A DNA stretch of 63,702 nt, counting the filler, from Octopus bimaculoides (taxonomy: Eukaryota): NCBI RefSeq assembly GCF_001194135.2. It is 6 parts of 4 records of this genome, joined end to end, with 100 filler letters (N's around TTAATTAATTAA, not from the genome) between each part and the next. Parts side by side here need not be neighbours in the genome. Positions count along the whole stretch, not along the records: positions 12,382 to 34,423 come from NC_068996.1; 5 more parts are not named here. One strand, written 5' to 3'. The notes beneath the pieces were generated by a model, which worked only from the letters and a program-made list of their open reading frames with translations, was not told where the DNA came from and searched no databases. Both the position numbers and the translations under genes were made by a program. Within the stretch, counting starts at the first letter, position 1. Every line of letters begins with the position of its first letter. This document shows, in pieces, positions 21,725-33,404 of the stretch.

Positions 21725-21875
21725 AATGGTTTTCCTTCAGTTTCAATCAATTAAATGCACTCACAAGGTTTAGTAAGCCCAAGGCTATAGTAGAAGACAC
21801 TTTCCCAAGGTACAATGCAGTGGGCAAAATCCAAAACCATGTGGTGGGGAAGTAAATTTCCTACCACACAACCAT
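21725..21875 (-). mobile_element. CORE-SINE-like element (family B), diverged
   Basis: CCTTCAGTTTC...GGCTATAGTAGAAGACACTTTCCCAAGG...AACCATGTGGT. Confidence 0.7.
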
Positions 21876-22224
21876 TCACAATTTTTAAGTATGTCAAAAT
21901 TATATCAAACTATTAAATAAAGAGAAGCTTTCTGAAACAATGTTTCTCTAATAATCATCCTAATCTAGCTGACAAAGGACAATCATTTCAAGTAGAAACA
22001 TGACATAACCAGAATGGGCAGATGTGTCCACTGCAAAACAGTCCAGCCTATGCCATAATGGAAACCATACGAGAAATGAAGAGTTGTGGAACAAAAAAAA
22101 AAAACTGAAAGTGAATTGTTACAAATATTTTTGAGAATGTAAGTAAGAGGTTTACAATGCTGGAAGCATATAACAACAATGGTATGAGTCAGACCAGAAC
22201 AATTTTGTTTTGCTACATAGCTGC

Positions 22225-22410
22225 AACCATGACTGTGTGGTTATGAAGCTTACTTTCCAACCATGTGATCTCAGGTTCAATACCACTGCATGACAACTTG
22301 GGCAAGTCTCTTCTGCTATAGCTTCGTACCTATCAAAACCTTGTGAATGAATTTGGTAGAAGGAAACTGTAAGGAACCCATTATATGTGTGTGTGTGTGT
22401 GTGTGTCCTT
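22225..22410 (+). mobile_element. CORE-SINE-like element (family B), diverged
   Basis: GACTGTGTGGTTATGAAGCTT...CAGGTTCAATACCACTGC...CTTGGGCAAGTCTCTTCTGCTATAGC. Confidence 0.7.
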
Positions 22411-23589
22411 ATCTTGATATCAATTGAGGGTTGTAAGTGAGTCAGTTTTCTATGTAATATTGTTATTTCAAATCTTCCATGAAATATTATCATGGAAACA
22501 AGTGAGGATTGGTAGCAGGAAGAGTGTCCAGTTGTAGAAAATCTGCTTCAACAAATTCTGTTTGAACCATGTGAGCATGAAAAAGCAGAGATTAAAACAA
22601 TAAGGATATGATGATGAATTATATCCAGATTTCACTCATTTTAGTAAGATTATCAACTTAACTGAAATCCCTTTAGAATTCCAGATCAGTTCCAAACAAG
22701 ATATAAGACGTATTTATAGAATATATAAATGACTCCATAGCAAAAGATATTTTTTGCAACTTCTTCTCCAACAAAATTCTGGTGTTCAATTGTGAAGTCT
22801 TATCTAGCTATGTCTAGAAATTGTGGAGAGCCTTTTGCTGTTACCATCAACTACCATTGTAAACAAGTCTCTCTGAGACTGTACCGAGAACTGAGTTACT
22901 TGTTGGAATGAATCAAGCTCATTCATTTCATTAAAATGTAACATTAAATTAAATTTAATTACTAACAAATAACATGTCTATTGCTCATTGTACGATATCC
23001 ATACATTTTGCAGTACATTTCTCATGGAAGGGTATGTTAAAATTATCAGGCAGGACAATACACCTGATCTAACATTGTACTTCAGTTTGTAAACAAAATT
23101 TTATTTCTAACAAACTGAGCATATATAGACTGTCTCTTTGGTTAGTGACAACAGAAGATGGTGTTTGTTAACAAAGATCAAACTTCCTCTAAACATGTAA
23201 ATTAACTTTGAGAGATAATTCTAAATTTTCTGAAATTATCTCCTCTTCTCTTTGAAACTTGCTAACAATTACTACTAGGTTTTTGTTTCCTTTCTCTAAA
23301 AGGTTTAGATGAAAAAATCATGCTACTGAGAGGATAAATTTAATAAAATATCTAATTGGCATGAGAGAAGGGTCTTTAACATATTGGTGATACACAAGTA
23401 ATGAATCCTTTCAGTAAACATCTTGTAAATGATATTCCATCACAGCTGTCGTATTTTTTCTGTATGTCAGGTATGGCTCTGTGGTTAAACTTGCTTCCCA
23501 ACCATGCAATTTTGGGTTCAGTCTCATGGTGCAGTACTAAGTGTCTTCTACTAATTCTGCAGTGTGAAAACTGCAGGATTAATAGAATA

Positions 23590-24110
23590 AATTTGAAGAA
23601 TGTAGTATTCCTAGAAATAAGGGATTTAAGACTGGAGGCCCATGGGAACTACTATATGTTGACGGTCTTCCCATCTTAACAGAATCTACAACAGAACTGG
23701 AAAAAAAATTCCAAGTGTGGAAACAAAACCTGGGATCAAAGGGGCTTAAAGTTAACTTAGCAAAGACTAAGGTCCTAGTAAGCAAGAAATCAGATAGGTA
23801 CCTATCCTCTTCAAGTAAATGGCCCTGCTTGATATGTAGGAAGTGTAGGCAGGAATTCTATTCAATGTGCAAACTATAGACAAGACAAATAAGAGTTGCA
23901 GTGGAATAGAAAGAAGGTTAAGAAGAGAAAATAGTATTTGTATGTGGAAGATGTACAAGAGCCATGAAGACTAAAGATACAGGGAAACTGATTTCCACAA
24001 ATATCCTAGAGGCTCTCTAGAAGTAGATAATTTTTGCTGTTAAGAGGACATAATAAGCAGTGGAAGAGGACGTACCAAAGGTATAATTGCTAGAATAAGA
24101 ATAGGAGGGG
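23590..24110 (+). pseudogene. RTE RT fragment with degenerate YADD motif and PHD-like finger
   Basis: PWELLYVDGLPILTESTTELEKKFQVWKQNLGSKGLKVNLAKTKVLVS then KWPCLICRK...GRNSIQC...FVCGRC, then RIRIG. Confidence 0.8.
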
Positions 24111-24469
24111 CCACAACCAAACAAAATCAATCGAATGACGAATCACAGGCCTATCACTAGAATTCGTGGCTATCTTTCGATATGATGTGAGGAAATGCCA
24201 AGTGAAAAGCACGTGGGTTTTGTTTATGACGTGTATGCTAAAGTATATTTATATACTTTATTCCTAAATGAGAATGAACTATAATTATAATAAATCGCAT
24301 ATTTCTGTGTACCAGACCTGTGGCTGTTATTTTTAGGTGAGGGATTCATTTGCCTTCATTGCCCGTTTGTTGTTTCAGTAGAAATCTACGGAAGTACAAT
24401 CGCACAAAATGCAACAAATATGGACGACTTGTTCCGAAACACCCCCGAATGGGGAACGGTCCTCAAAAA

Positions 24470-24750
24470 TAACCCCCAATTGTTTTCCCCAAAAATTCTT
24501 CTGCTCTCGGAATCTACATATTCTGAGGTATATTTGTAGAGAATTTCATTAAAAAATGTCCATTTTATTGAAAGTTAAGACGAATTGAAGTGGACGCCGG
24601 TGAATTTTCCGAAATTCCCCACCCGCGTCCTCCTAAAACACTTTTCCCTAAAAGTTTTGTATATTCGGAATCTACATGATATAACATACATTCGTCGAAA
24701 GTTCCATCAAAATATAACCATTTTTCTGAAAGTTAAGATCATCCAAAGTC
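24470..24750. repeat. diverged two-unit tandem repeat, period 158 bp
   Basis: TCGGAATCTACAT at 24507 and 24665; GAAAGTTAAGA at 24570 and 24728. Confidence 0.7.
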
Positions 24751-25110
24751 GGCGGGAGGGGGACAGAAATCTGTAGTTATGCCGGATATCGGTCCCTAGC
24801 AACACAATATGCAAAACCGATGCTAGAAAGAGCAGCCAAAATCTCATGACACATTTGATGACATGATTCTAGGAGGAGTATATGAGGAAAACGGAGTGGG
24901 CACGGCTGGAATGTCTTTGATCAAAAGACTACTCTACCAGGGTTGACTTGGAAGAGTCACAAAACAAGAACAAAATATCTGAATAACAATGAATAATAGT
25001 TTCTCTATTAGACACGTGTTACCGTTAATAATTAAATGGGACATTAAAAAAATAGGAGGGATTCGATATTTAAAGCTGTTAATAATATTTTTTTTTCTTT
25101 TTCTACTCAC

Positions 25111-25191
25111 CTCAGTGGTACTGGCTGTATTAGTGTTTAAATCAGCTTTTTTCTTAGATTTCTTCTTAGATGGAACGTTGACAGAAGTCAT
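25111..25191 (-). CDS. candidate first coding exon of an unidentified gene (MTSVNVPSKKKSKKKADLNTNTASTTE)
   Basis: GCAAGCATG start, 27 codons including a basic NLS-like KKKSKKK, phase-0 consensus donor GAG|GTGAGT at 25110, CpG-enriched upstream segment 25195-25275. Confidence 0.45.
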
Positions 25192-26039
25192 GCTTGCCAA
25201 CCAAAACAAAATGTTCACGGTACGAACACCGCATGAACATAAGGTCCGCATCAACAATAACAGCCGCACCAAATAATGATATAATAAACAAAATTCAATA
25301 TTCAATATTTATTTTTTATTAATCATTATATAGCTGATTTTTAATTATTGAAGATTAATTCAAATTAATTAATAGTTTTGTTAGTGTCAGCATTTCCACT
25401 GAGTTTTAAATCGAAGTTATTTGTGAGAATATAGATTTGGGATTTTGTGTATATTTCGTTTTGCAGAAATGTTAAAAAAAAAAGGAAGGAAGAAAGCTCC
25501 AAAATAAAATTATTGCAGAATCCAAAGTCGAAACAAATATATAATAGTATTAATAAAAAAAAAAACAGGAACATATCTAGGGTGATATACACTCCGTCGC
25601 TCTGTTTAAAGCTAAAAAAAAAATTTCAGCATGCCCACGCACCTGATAGTCGAAGAGAAAAGACTAATCTATGTCACTTTCAAAGTAAATAATCAATAGA
25701 TATATTGTGTTGTTGAAGTACAACAACAAAACCAGACTTTCACAAAGCTTCTATGTAGTGGTTTGCACCTGCAAGAAATAACAGCCAAATTCCCCCAAAA
25801 GTCACTTTTCAAAAGAGAAAGAGTTATCGCCAATTTTTAATATCAATTCTAAATACATATTTTATGTTGGCGTATGCTATATTTGACTATAAAGTCCTGA
25901 AAATACAAATTACAGAAAAGAGATAAAAGCTCCATATACCAGAATATCTTTGATCCCTATCATCATAGGGCTGTTGAATTAGAGATAAGCAGGGCCCGGC
26001 AAATATAAAATTACCCCTAAATATTCCTTCCCCCTCCCA

Positions 26040-26290
26040 AAACTCTTAACACTCCTTCCAACTGTGTTCATCACTCACTGCATTTCCTCTGTCTCCATCT
26101 CTATCCCCCAGTCTCCTTTCGCACTCACCTGTCCAATCCTCAGGACCACTTCTCTAATATTCACCTTCCTATCACTTGAGGGTATGCCCTGACACATCTT
26201 TACCATAATTTTCTCTCTTTTCTATCAGGAGTAACCATGTATGCATCTTCTCTACTGCAATATACTTGTATCTGTCCTTAAGGCATAAAC
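26040..26290 (-). pseudogene. highly decayed RTE C-terminal fragment
   Basis: Remnants resembling M-RxMCGVTLxDRK and VRxxRLxW on the minus strand. Confidence 0.4.
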
Positions 26291-26390
26291 ACCTCTCAAT
26301 AATATATACAAGTGGTTGGTGTAAAGAAGGGCATCCAGCTGTAGAGACCATACCAAAGCAGATGTTGGAGCTTGATGCATCCCTCTGACT

Positions 26391-26686
26391 CAGGGGCTTT
26401 CAAACTGTGGTCTGCGGACCATGGGGGTCCGCAAGGACAAGACAGGGTGTCCGTGGACAGCAAATACTTTTTATGGGCAATTTGATTTTATATATGTTTT
26501 TTAATCGAAATCTTTTAATTGACAATAAACCTATTTGTTAAATACTGTTAAATAAATAAATGTAAAAATATATGTTATTTTAAGCAAATATTTATGTATA
26601 AATTTCATAAGTGTTTATAAGGGGGTCCCTAAGGTAAAGCCTAAAATATAAAGGGGTCCGCAAGTCAAAAAGTTTGAAAACCCCTG
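26391..26686. mobile_element. hAT-type MITE (296 bp) nested in an RTE 3' UTR copy
   Basis: TIR CAGGGGCTTTCAAACT / AGTTTGAAAACCCCTG; perfect 8-bp TSD CTCTGACT (26383-26390, 26687-26694); host repeat continues on both sides (26310-26725). Confidence 0.88.
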
Positions 26687-27079
26687 CTCTGACTCACCAG
26701 TTTCCAGTCAAACCATCCAATCCATATCACATAAAACTGTGGGGATGAGATGAGCCGGAGGGAAAGGGCTGTGAAGTCGATGATCAAGGGGCTTGACCAG
26801 AACAGGAAGGGTAAGAGAGGAAGTGAGAGAAGGAAGACCAGGGTCATCCTCTTTTACCTTGGGCACTCATGACGAATAGATGTGATCCTCTGAAACTTCT
26901 GCATCTGACTGTGGTGCATTTCCCAATTTATAGTCATTCTTTGGCAGAAAATTCATGGAAAATTCCATATATCATACAATTGCAGATGAAATACTATTGG
27001 CTAGAAATCAGAGTAAGTCACCTGATATGCTGTGATCCATTTTTTGCTACTGAGTTGATGCAGATAAGCCACAGCATCA

Positions 27080-27350
27080 CCATCATCATCATCATTTAGC
27101 GTCCACTTTCCATGTTGGCATGGGTTGAACAGTTTGACAGGAACTAGTTACGTAGATGACTGCACCAGGCATCAGTGTCTGTTTTAGCATGGTTTTTACA
27201 GCTGGATGCCCTTCCTAACATCAACCACCTTGCAGATTGGACCGAGTGCTCTTTAAGTGGCACCAACACAAGCAAAGTCAGTTTTGGCATGGTTTTTACA
27301 GTTTGATGTTCTTCTAAATGCCAATCACATTACAGTGTAGACTAGATTTT
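27080..27350 (-). mobile_element. diverged RTE 3' UTR-type copy
   Basis: (CAT)n, GCGTCCACTTTCCATGTTGGCATGGG, CAGCTGGATGCCCTTCC. Confidence 0.7.
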
Positions 27351-27770
27351 TTCACCAGCACTGGCAAGGTCACTGAGTAACTAACTTGCAAGACAAAGAT
27401 CTTTTGAGAGGGGAGCATTGGAGGAGGTGATCTTGTGCCAGGTGATGAAAGGTTAGAGTGTGACACAGACAGAAGCAAGTGTCTTACTATAGAAGAGATA
27501 TATGGTTACCCAGTCAGAGGAGGTACATGGTTACCCTTTCAATCTGAGAAAGAATCTTTTTTGTTGCCAACAGAGGTAATAACTCTACAAATTTTCTCCA
27601 TCCAATTCTTATTCTAGAAACAATACTTTCAGAACATCCTCCACCATTGCTAATTTGGTCACCTCATTCTTAAATAAAAATTAGTGCAAATAACATATTT
27701 TTTTACATATTAGTTGGCAGATATAAGCACCAATCAGCAAACAATGTGTTTGCTGAAAGTATAAACAAAG

Positions 27771-27938
27771 TCAGTGGCTTTGGTTAATCTCAGAGTTCTG
27801 GCTGCTACAGGCTGGCAAGATGCAACATGTCAAAACACTGGTGTCCACCAATGAGGCAAATGTGTTGAACGCATTGTCATCATAAAATGGATAAGTTATT
27901 TTCCTGACATACATTACAGTACCTAGCACTGAATCTAC
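27771..27938 (-). CDS. candidate terminal coding exon (55 aa + stop)
   Basis: Acceptor TATTTATTCTTAATGTATAG, phase-0 open frame VDSVLGTVMYVRKITYPFYDDNAFNTFASLVDTSVLTCCILPACSSQNSEINQSH*, followed by unique AT-rich UTR-like sequence. Confidence 0.4.
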   Translation of the reverse strand, partial: VDSVLGTVMYVRKITYPFYDDNAFNTFASLVDTSVLTCCILPACSSQNSEINQSH

Positions 27939-28356
27939 CTATACATTAAGAATAAATATATAAATAACAGGCAGTCAGAGTCAAAATCCCATGATACAGT
28001 TGCAAATACAGCAATGAAAAATATTTCTGGAATAAATAAATAAATAGATAAATGAGTGGTAATTGAACTGGTGAGTGTGTTATATTAAGGCACTATAGCT
28101 GTCCCCAGACACAACGAAATATAAATAACCATTCCACAACTATACAGTTGAGATGAAAGTTGAAATACAAAGATCCTATAATGTAATCTATTTATAATGA
28201 ATTTTTAGTTTCATACTTTATTCCAGTAAATATTGTATTTACATGCGCAGAACCTTATATTTTTTCCCCTATAAAATCACTTTAAAATATATTTCAATAA
28301 GTAAATGATGAAACATACTAGGTTTTTTTTCCACAAAATATATTCTTTTGTGTCCC

Positions 28357-28505
28357 ACTACACTCTTGGAGTGGTTGGTGTTAGGAAGGGCATCCAACTG
28401 TAGAAACTCTGCCAAATCAAATTGGAGCCTGGTGTTGCCATCTGGTTTGCCAGTCCTCAGTCAATTCATCCAACCCATACTAGCATGGAAAGCGGACGTT
28501 AAACA

Positions 28506-28543
<38 letters not shown>

Positions 28544-28545
28544 AT
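28357..28545 (+). mobile_element. 5'-truncated RTE 3' UTR copy with (GAT)n tail
   Basis: CCCACTACACTCTTGGAGTGGTTGG...AGCGGACGTTAAAC(AAT)(GAT)n. Confidence 0.8.
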
Positions 28546-28809
28546 CGGCTAATACAGTAATTAACAGCTTGGGATCTAAATAAAAGTAGTTGTCTCAAAA
28601 AAAAACAGTGGTCAGTGTGAGCACAGGGAGGTCAACAAACAATTCAATTTCCCGTCAATTCAATTCAATTTCCCTCCTTGGTCAGGATAATACCTACACC
28701 ATGAATATGCTAGTCTTCATGCCCAGAGTAAAGAACAGTCATCCCACCACAATCAAATCACCCCTGTCCAGCCCACCTCTTCTCATTGGCAGCCATCACA
28801 TCTAGGTGA

Positions 28810-29098
28810 TCATCATCGTTTAACGTCCGCTTTCCATGCTAGCATGGGTTGGACAATTTGACTGAGGACTGGTTAAACTGGATGGCAACACCAGGCTCCA
28901 ATCTGATTTGGCAGAGTTTCTACAGCTGGATGCCCTTCCTAATGCCAACCACTCCGAGAGTGTAGTGAGTGCTTTTATGTGCCACCGGCACGAAGGCCAG
29001 TCAGGTGGTACTGGCAACGACCACGCTCAAAATGGTGTATTTTACGTGCCACCTGCACAGGAGCCAGTTCGGCGGCACTGGCAACGATCTCGCTCAAA
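28810..29098 (-). mobile_element. RTE 3' UTR copy inserted into an RTE endonuclease remnant
   Basis: Conserved tail sequence; the host reading frame INY|HLDV rejoins when it is removed. Confidence 0.8.
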
Positions 29099-29639
29099 TA
29101 TAGTTTATCATTTTATTCAGTGCCTGGTCCATTTGCCCTGCTTGAAATAAGGTTTGAACATTTCAAAGGCCTACTTTGGTTATATTTTTGGCATTAAAGA
29201 TCTGGCTCATGGGAGCTTGAGCTTCCTTACGAATTTCACCCAAATTTGACATACTCTCATCTATAGATGATCTACCATCCCTTCTCTGCCTCTGTGTATG
29301 GCTGTTATTGTGACTTGTCATTTCCATTGCAGGTGTTTTTTTTATGAGGTGGGGTTGCTAGCCCTATGCTCAATCCTAAAAAGAACCAGTGCCCTCATGA
29401 ACCAGAGCTCTCACGAACCACACCTCTCGTGAACCAGAGCTGACTAGTTCCGGGTGTGGATGGTAGAGTGTTCCCTCAGATATAAGAAGACACAGGTCTG
29501 ATAAATAAGCAGTTGTGGACCAACAGCTGCAGCCATCGTCAGGGCTCAGTGGACCATTTTGTGGCAGCAACAGGCCTACAAAAGCTGCTAAAGCTTTATG
29601 ATAGTACTGTGATAAGGTGGCAAAAGGTTGCTTTTAAAT

Positions 29640-29984
29640 GTTGTTGTTGTTGTTGGCACTCTGTCGCTTATGACGTCGAGGGTTCCAGCTGATCCGATCA
29701 ACGGAACAGCCTGCTCGTGAAATTAACGTGCAAGTGGCTGAGCACTCCACAGACACGTGTACCCTTAACGTAGTTCTTGGGGATATTCAGCATGACACAG
29801 TGTGACAAGGCTGACCCTTTGAATTATAGGCACAACAGAAACAGGAAGAAAGAGTGAGAGAAAGTTGTGGTGAAAGAGTACAGCAGGGTTCGCCACCATC
29901 CCCTGCCAGAGCCTCGTGGAGCTTTAGGTGTTTTTGCTCAATAAACACTCACAACGCTCTAACCACTGGGCCATTGCGCCTCCA
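29640..29984 (-). mobile_element. family C SINE with 11-bp TSD
   Basis: Head GGAGGCGCAATGGCCCAGTGGTTAGAGC, (CAA)n tail, TSD TGCTTTTAAAT at 29629-29639 and 29985-29995. Confidence 0.85.
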
Positions 29985-30451
29985 TGCTTTTAAATAAGCC
30001 TTGCCAAATAGGGCAGATGATGCTCTCAGCTGCATGGAAGCAGGCCATCTAGGAGGAGGCAAATTCCAACTACAAATTTATCACAATTAGCTCCCTGGTT
30101 GGATATTTTCCATACCATAAATTAAATTATGTAGACAATGAAATGGTATTCTGAAGACCATATACTCTTCGGTGTTTATTGAGTAATCTACAAAGAAGAG
30201 GCATGATTGGAACCTTCTTCAGAGATAACTCAACAAACTCAGAATGAATGGCACCTTCTTCTCCAAAGAAGGTGCCAATTGTGCCTACCACTTAATACTA
30301 CCACTATGGTTAACTAAATCTGTATTGTCTTTCTCATTTCGTAATCCTTGGATAACCATGTCACAGAAATGTTGGATACCTGGGAATCTGCACCTGATCA
30401 AGAGGTGGTCTTCATTATTAATCATGTTGTTTTAATAACTCATATGCTTAT

Positions 30452-31142
30452 CTTCCACTCCCTTCATCCGAGGGCTCTATATTATGTGACACATCCACAG
30501 GTTCTCCTAGGCCTTTAGTACCTACGAACCATGAACGTTCTGTGTTTGATGCCCTTCATTCTTTGTCACATCCGGGCATCTCAGCAACAGTAAAGCTTAT
30601 CACTGCTCGGTTTTTCTGGCCCAATATGCGGCGATCAATTGCCACTTGGGCACGCTCCTGCATGAAGTGCCAGAGTGCGAAGGTCCATAGGCACGTTCGT
30701 GCCCCTCTTGGACAATTTCCTTCTCCTGAAGCCCGTTTCCGTCACGTCCATCTTGATTTGGTTGGACCGTTACCAGTGTGTCGCGGGTTCTCATACCTGT
30801 TAACTTGTGTTGACCGTTTCTCACGTTGGCCAGAAGCCATTCCTATAGCAGATATTACTTCTGAGACTGTTGCCCAGGCTTTCGTTTCTGGGTGGGTGTC
30901 GAGGTTCGAAGTACCGATCAGTTTGACCACAGATCGTGGCCGGCAATTTGAGGCCGCGCTTTTTCATAACCTATCACGAATCCTGGGGGTGCATCGTATA
31001 CGCACCACCAGCTACCATCCCGCTTCTAATGGGATGGTTGAGCGGTTTCATCGACAACTTAAGGCCGCCTTGCGCGCCTCGCCCAACCCGCAGTTTTGGG
31101 TTGAAATTCTTCCGGTTGTCCTCCTTGGATGCCGGACTGCGG
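30452..31142 (+). CDS. Ty3/Gypsy integrase (HHCC + DDE core), open until the gap
   Basis: HSLSHPG...FFWPNMRRSIATWARSCMKCQ (HHCC), HVHLDLVGPLP, LTTDRGRQFE, YHPASNGMVERFHRQLK; no stop visible in about 230 codons. Confidence 0.93.
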
Positions 31143-32305
31143 NNNNNNNNNNNNNNNNNNNNNNNNNNNNNNNNNNNNNNNNNNNNNNNNNNNNNNNNNN
31201 NNNNNNNNNNNNNNNNNNNNNNNNNNNNNNNNNNNNNNNNNNNNNNNNNNNNNNNNNNNNNNNNNNNNNNNNNNNNNNNNNNNNNNNNNNNNNNNNNNNN
31301 NNNNNNNNNNNNNNNNNNNNNNNNNNNNNNNNNNNNNNNNNNNNNNNNNNNNNNNNNNNNNNNNNNNNNNNNNNNNNNNNNNNNNNNNNNNNNNNNNNNN
31401 NNNNNNNNNNNNNNNNNNNNNNNNNNNNNNNNNNNNNNNNNNNNNNNNNNNNNNNNNNNNNNNNNNNNNNNNNNNNNNNNNNNNNNNNNNNNNNNNNNNN
31501 NNNNNNNNNNNNNNNNNNNNNNNNNNNNNNNNNNNNNNNNNNNNNNNNNNNNNNNNNNNNNNNNNNNNNNNNNNNNNNNNNNNNNNNNNNNNNNNNNNNN
31601 NNNNNNNNNNNNNNNNNNNNNNNNNNNNNNNNNNNNNNNNNNNNNNNNNNNNNNNNNNNNNNNNNNNNNNNNNNNNNNNNNNNNNNNNNNNNNNNNNNNN
31701 NNNNNNNNNNNNNNNNNNNNNNNNNNNNNNNNNNNNNNNNNNNNNNNNNNNNNNNNNNNNNNNNNNNNNNNNNNNNNNNNNNNNNNNNNNNNNNNNNNNN
31801 NNNNNNNNNNNNNNNNNNNNNNNNNNNNNNNNNNNNNNNNNNNNNNNNNNNNNNNNNNNNNNNNNNNNNNNNNNNNNNNNNNNNNNNNNNNNNNNNNNNN
31901 NNNNNNNNNNNNNNNNNNNNNNNNNNNNNNNNNNNNNNNNNNNNNNNNNNNNNNNNNNNNATTGAACATTTTTCTTCCATTCAGGAAAAAAAAACTATGT
32001 ATCCGGTTCGTAAAGAGTTACACAAGACTATAGTATGTCCATACGCGGGAGGTTGTGGTCAGTGGCAGAGCTATAGTTGAGCATCGATGCCAGTTTCGAC
32101 CTGTTACCTGGTATTAAATATCCAAATCGGCTAGCTCTGACTGTTGTGTGTGAGTGGATAAATCCCACTCATACAGTGAAGATAAAACCGAGTGTTCTGA
32201 TATATATTTGTGCCGCATTTTCTGCATGGTTTTCGATGGCCATCTAGCCTCAGACGTCCCTCCAAAATTTTTTAATTTCGTGTTTCACACTCAAGGGGGA
32301 GCCAT

Positions 32306-32523
32306 TGTAGTGACGTCACATTGGCGCCAAAAGGCAGGCGCCATTACTGAATCCTTAACCACGCATGCGTGGGTTTAAACATCGAAGCGTTCCTGCTTCG
32401 ATTCTCTCTCTTACCAAGGCAGACAGCGACCAAGCAAGACGTCTAAGCAAGCTCTCCCATTTGAATGTGGTTGAACCAAGTTGTCTTTATAACGACACCA
32501 GCACGAAGAACCATACAACTACA
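32306..32523 (+). mobile_element. putative Gypsy 3' LTR (218 bp) preceded by polypurine tract
   Basis: PPT AAGGGGGAG at ~32293-32301, then TGTAGT...ACTACA inverted termini, downstream of the integrase in the same orientation. Confidence 0.7.
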
Positions 32524-33162
32524 TTTCAGGCTACTCTAAAACCGTACAATTAGATGCTGTTTACCTTTTCCACCGAACAATAAATATTTGTTGTTGTTGA
32601 TCAGTTTGGAGTTTTTGTGTTCGGTCCTCTTCCAATTTAATGTAGGAGAGTTAGGTGTATATCTAAAGATATATAACCCACTCTCCTAAATACTTTTTCC
32701 ATTCCTTTCCATCACACACGCACTGCTGCCACTACCACCCCCTCTCACATATACGTAGGTATGCATGTATGTTTGTATATATGTATGCGTCTGTGCATCT
32801 CCATTTGTCTTTGTTCCCCAACACATTCACTCACTAGTTGCCAGCTTGACAACAACCAGCATCAAGCCAACAAGACCTTGACACTGGTTTTCACCATTTG
32901 ACAACCGGTGTTGGCTTGCTTACATCTCCATAACTTAGTGTTTTGGTAAAAGAGGTTGATAAAATAAATACTAAGCTTAAAAATAAGTACTGGGTTCAAC
33001 ATGTTTGACTAAAACCTTCAAGTCAGCGCTCCAGTATGGTCACACAGTAAACTGGACCCATCATGTACCTATGTGGAAAGCATTACATTGAGTTTGTTTA
33101 TAATCACCACACTCTACCAACATTACTTTTGTGCCACCAACAACCACTCTTAGTTCTTTATT

Positions 33163-33383
33163 GCCCACAAGGGGATAAACATAGAGGGTACAAACAAGGA
33201 CAGACAAAGGGATTAAGTTGATAAGATCGACCCCTGTGCGTAACTGGTACTTAATTTATCGACTCCGAAAGGATGAAAGGCAAAATCGACCTCGGCAGAA
33301 TTTGAACTCAGAATGTAAAGATGGACGAAATGCTGCTAAGCATTTCGCCTGGCGTGCTAACATTTCTGCCAGCTTGCTGCCTT
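33163..33383 (-). mobile_element. tRNA-derived SINE (family A, variant 3' end)
   Basis: Reverse complement of the family A head and body. Confidence 0.8.
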
Positions 33384-33404
33384 CAACCACTCTTACTTTT
33401 ACCC

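Larger units (their letters stand above)
28690..30055 (-). pseudogene. RTE LINE 5' end (5' UTR, ORF start, AP endonuclease) interrupted by two retroposon insertions
   Basis: MSNLGEIRKEAQAPMSQIFNAKNITKVGL*NVQTLFQAGQM...INY / HLDVMAANEKRWAGQG...GGMTVLYSG...HGVGIILTKE matches RTE GxWNVRT and ExRW...LYSG...GVG motifs; split by 28810-29098 and 29640-29984. Confidence 0.75.

Noticed and set aside
30249-30280. 11-bp-arm hairpin GGCACCTTCTT/AAGAAGGTGCC
   Set aside because: Too short and isolated to assign a function
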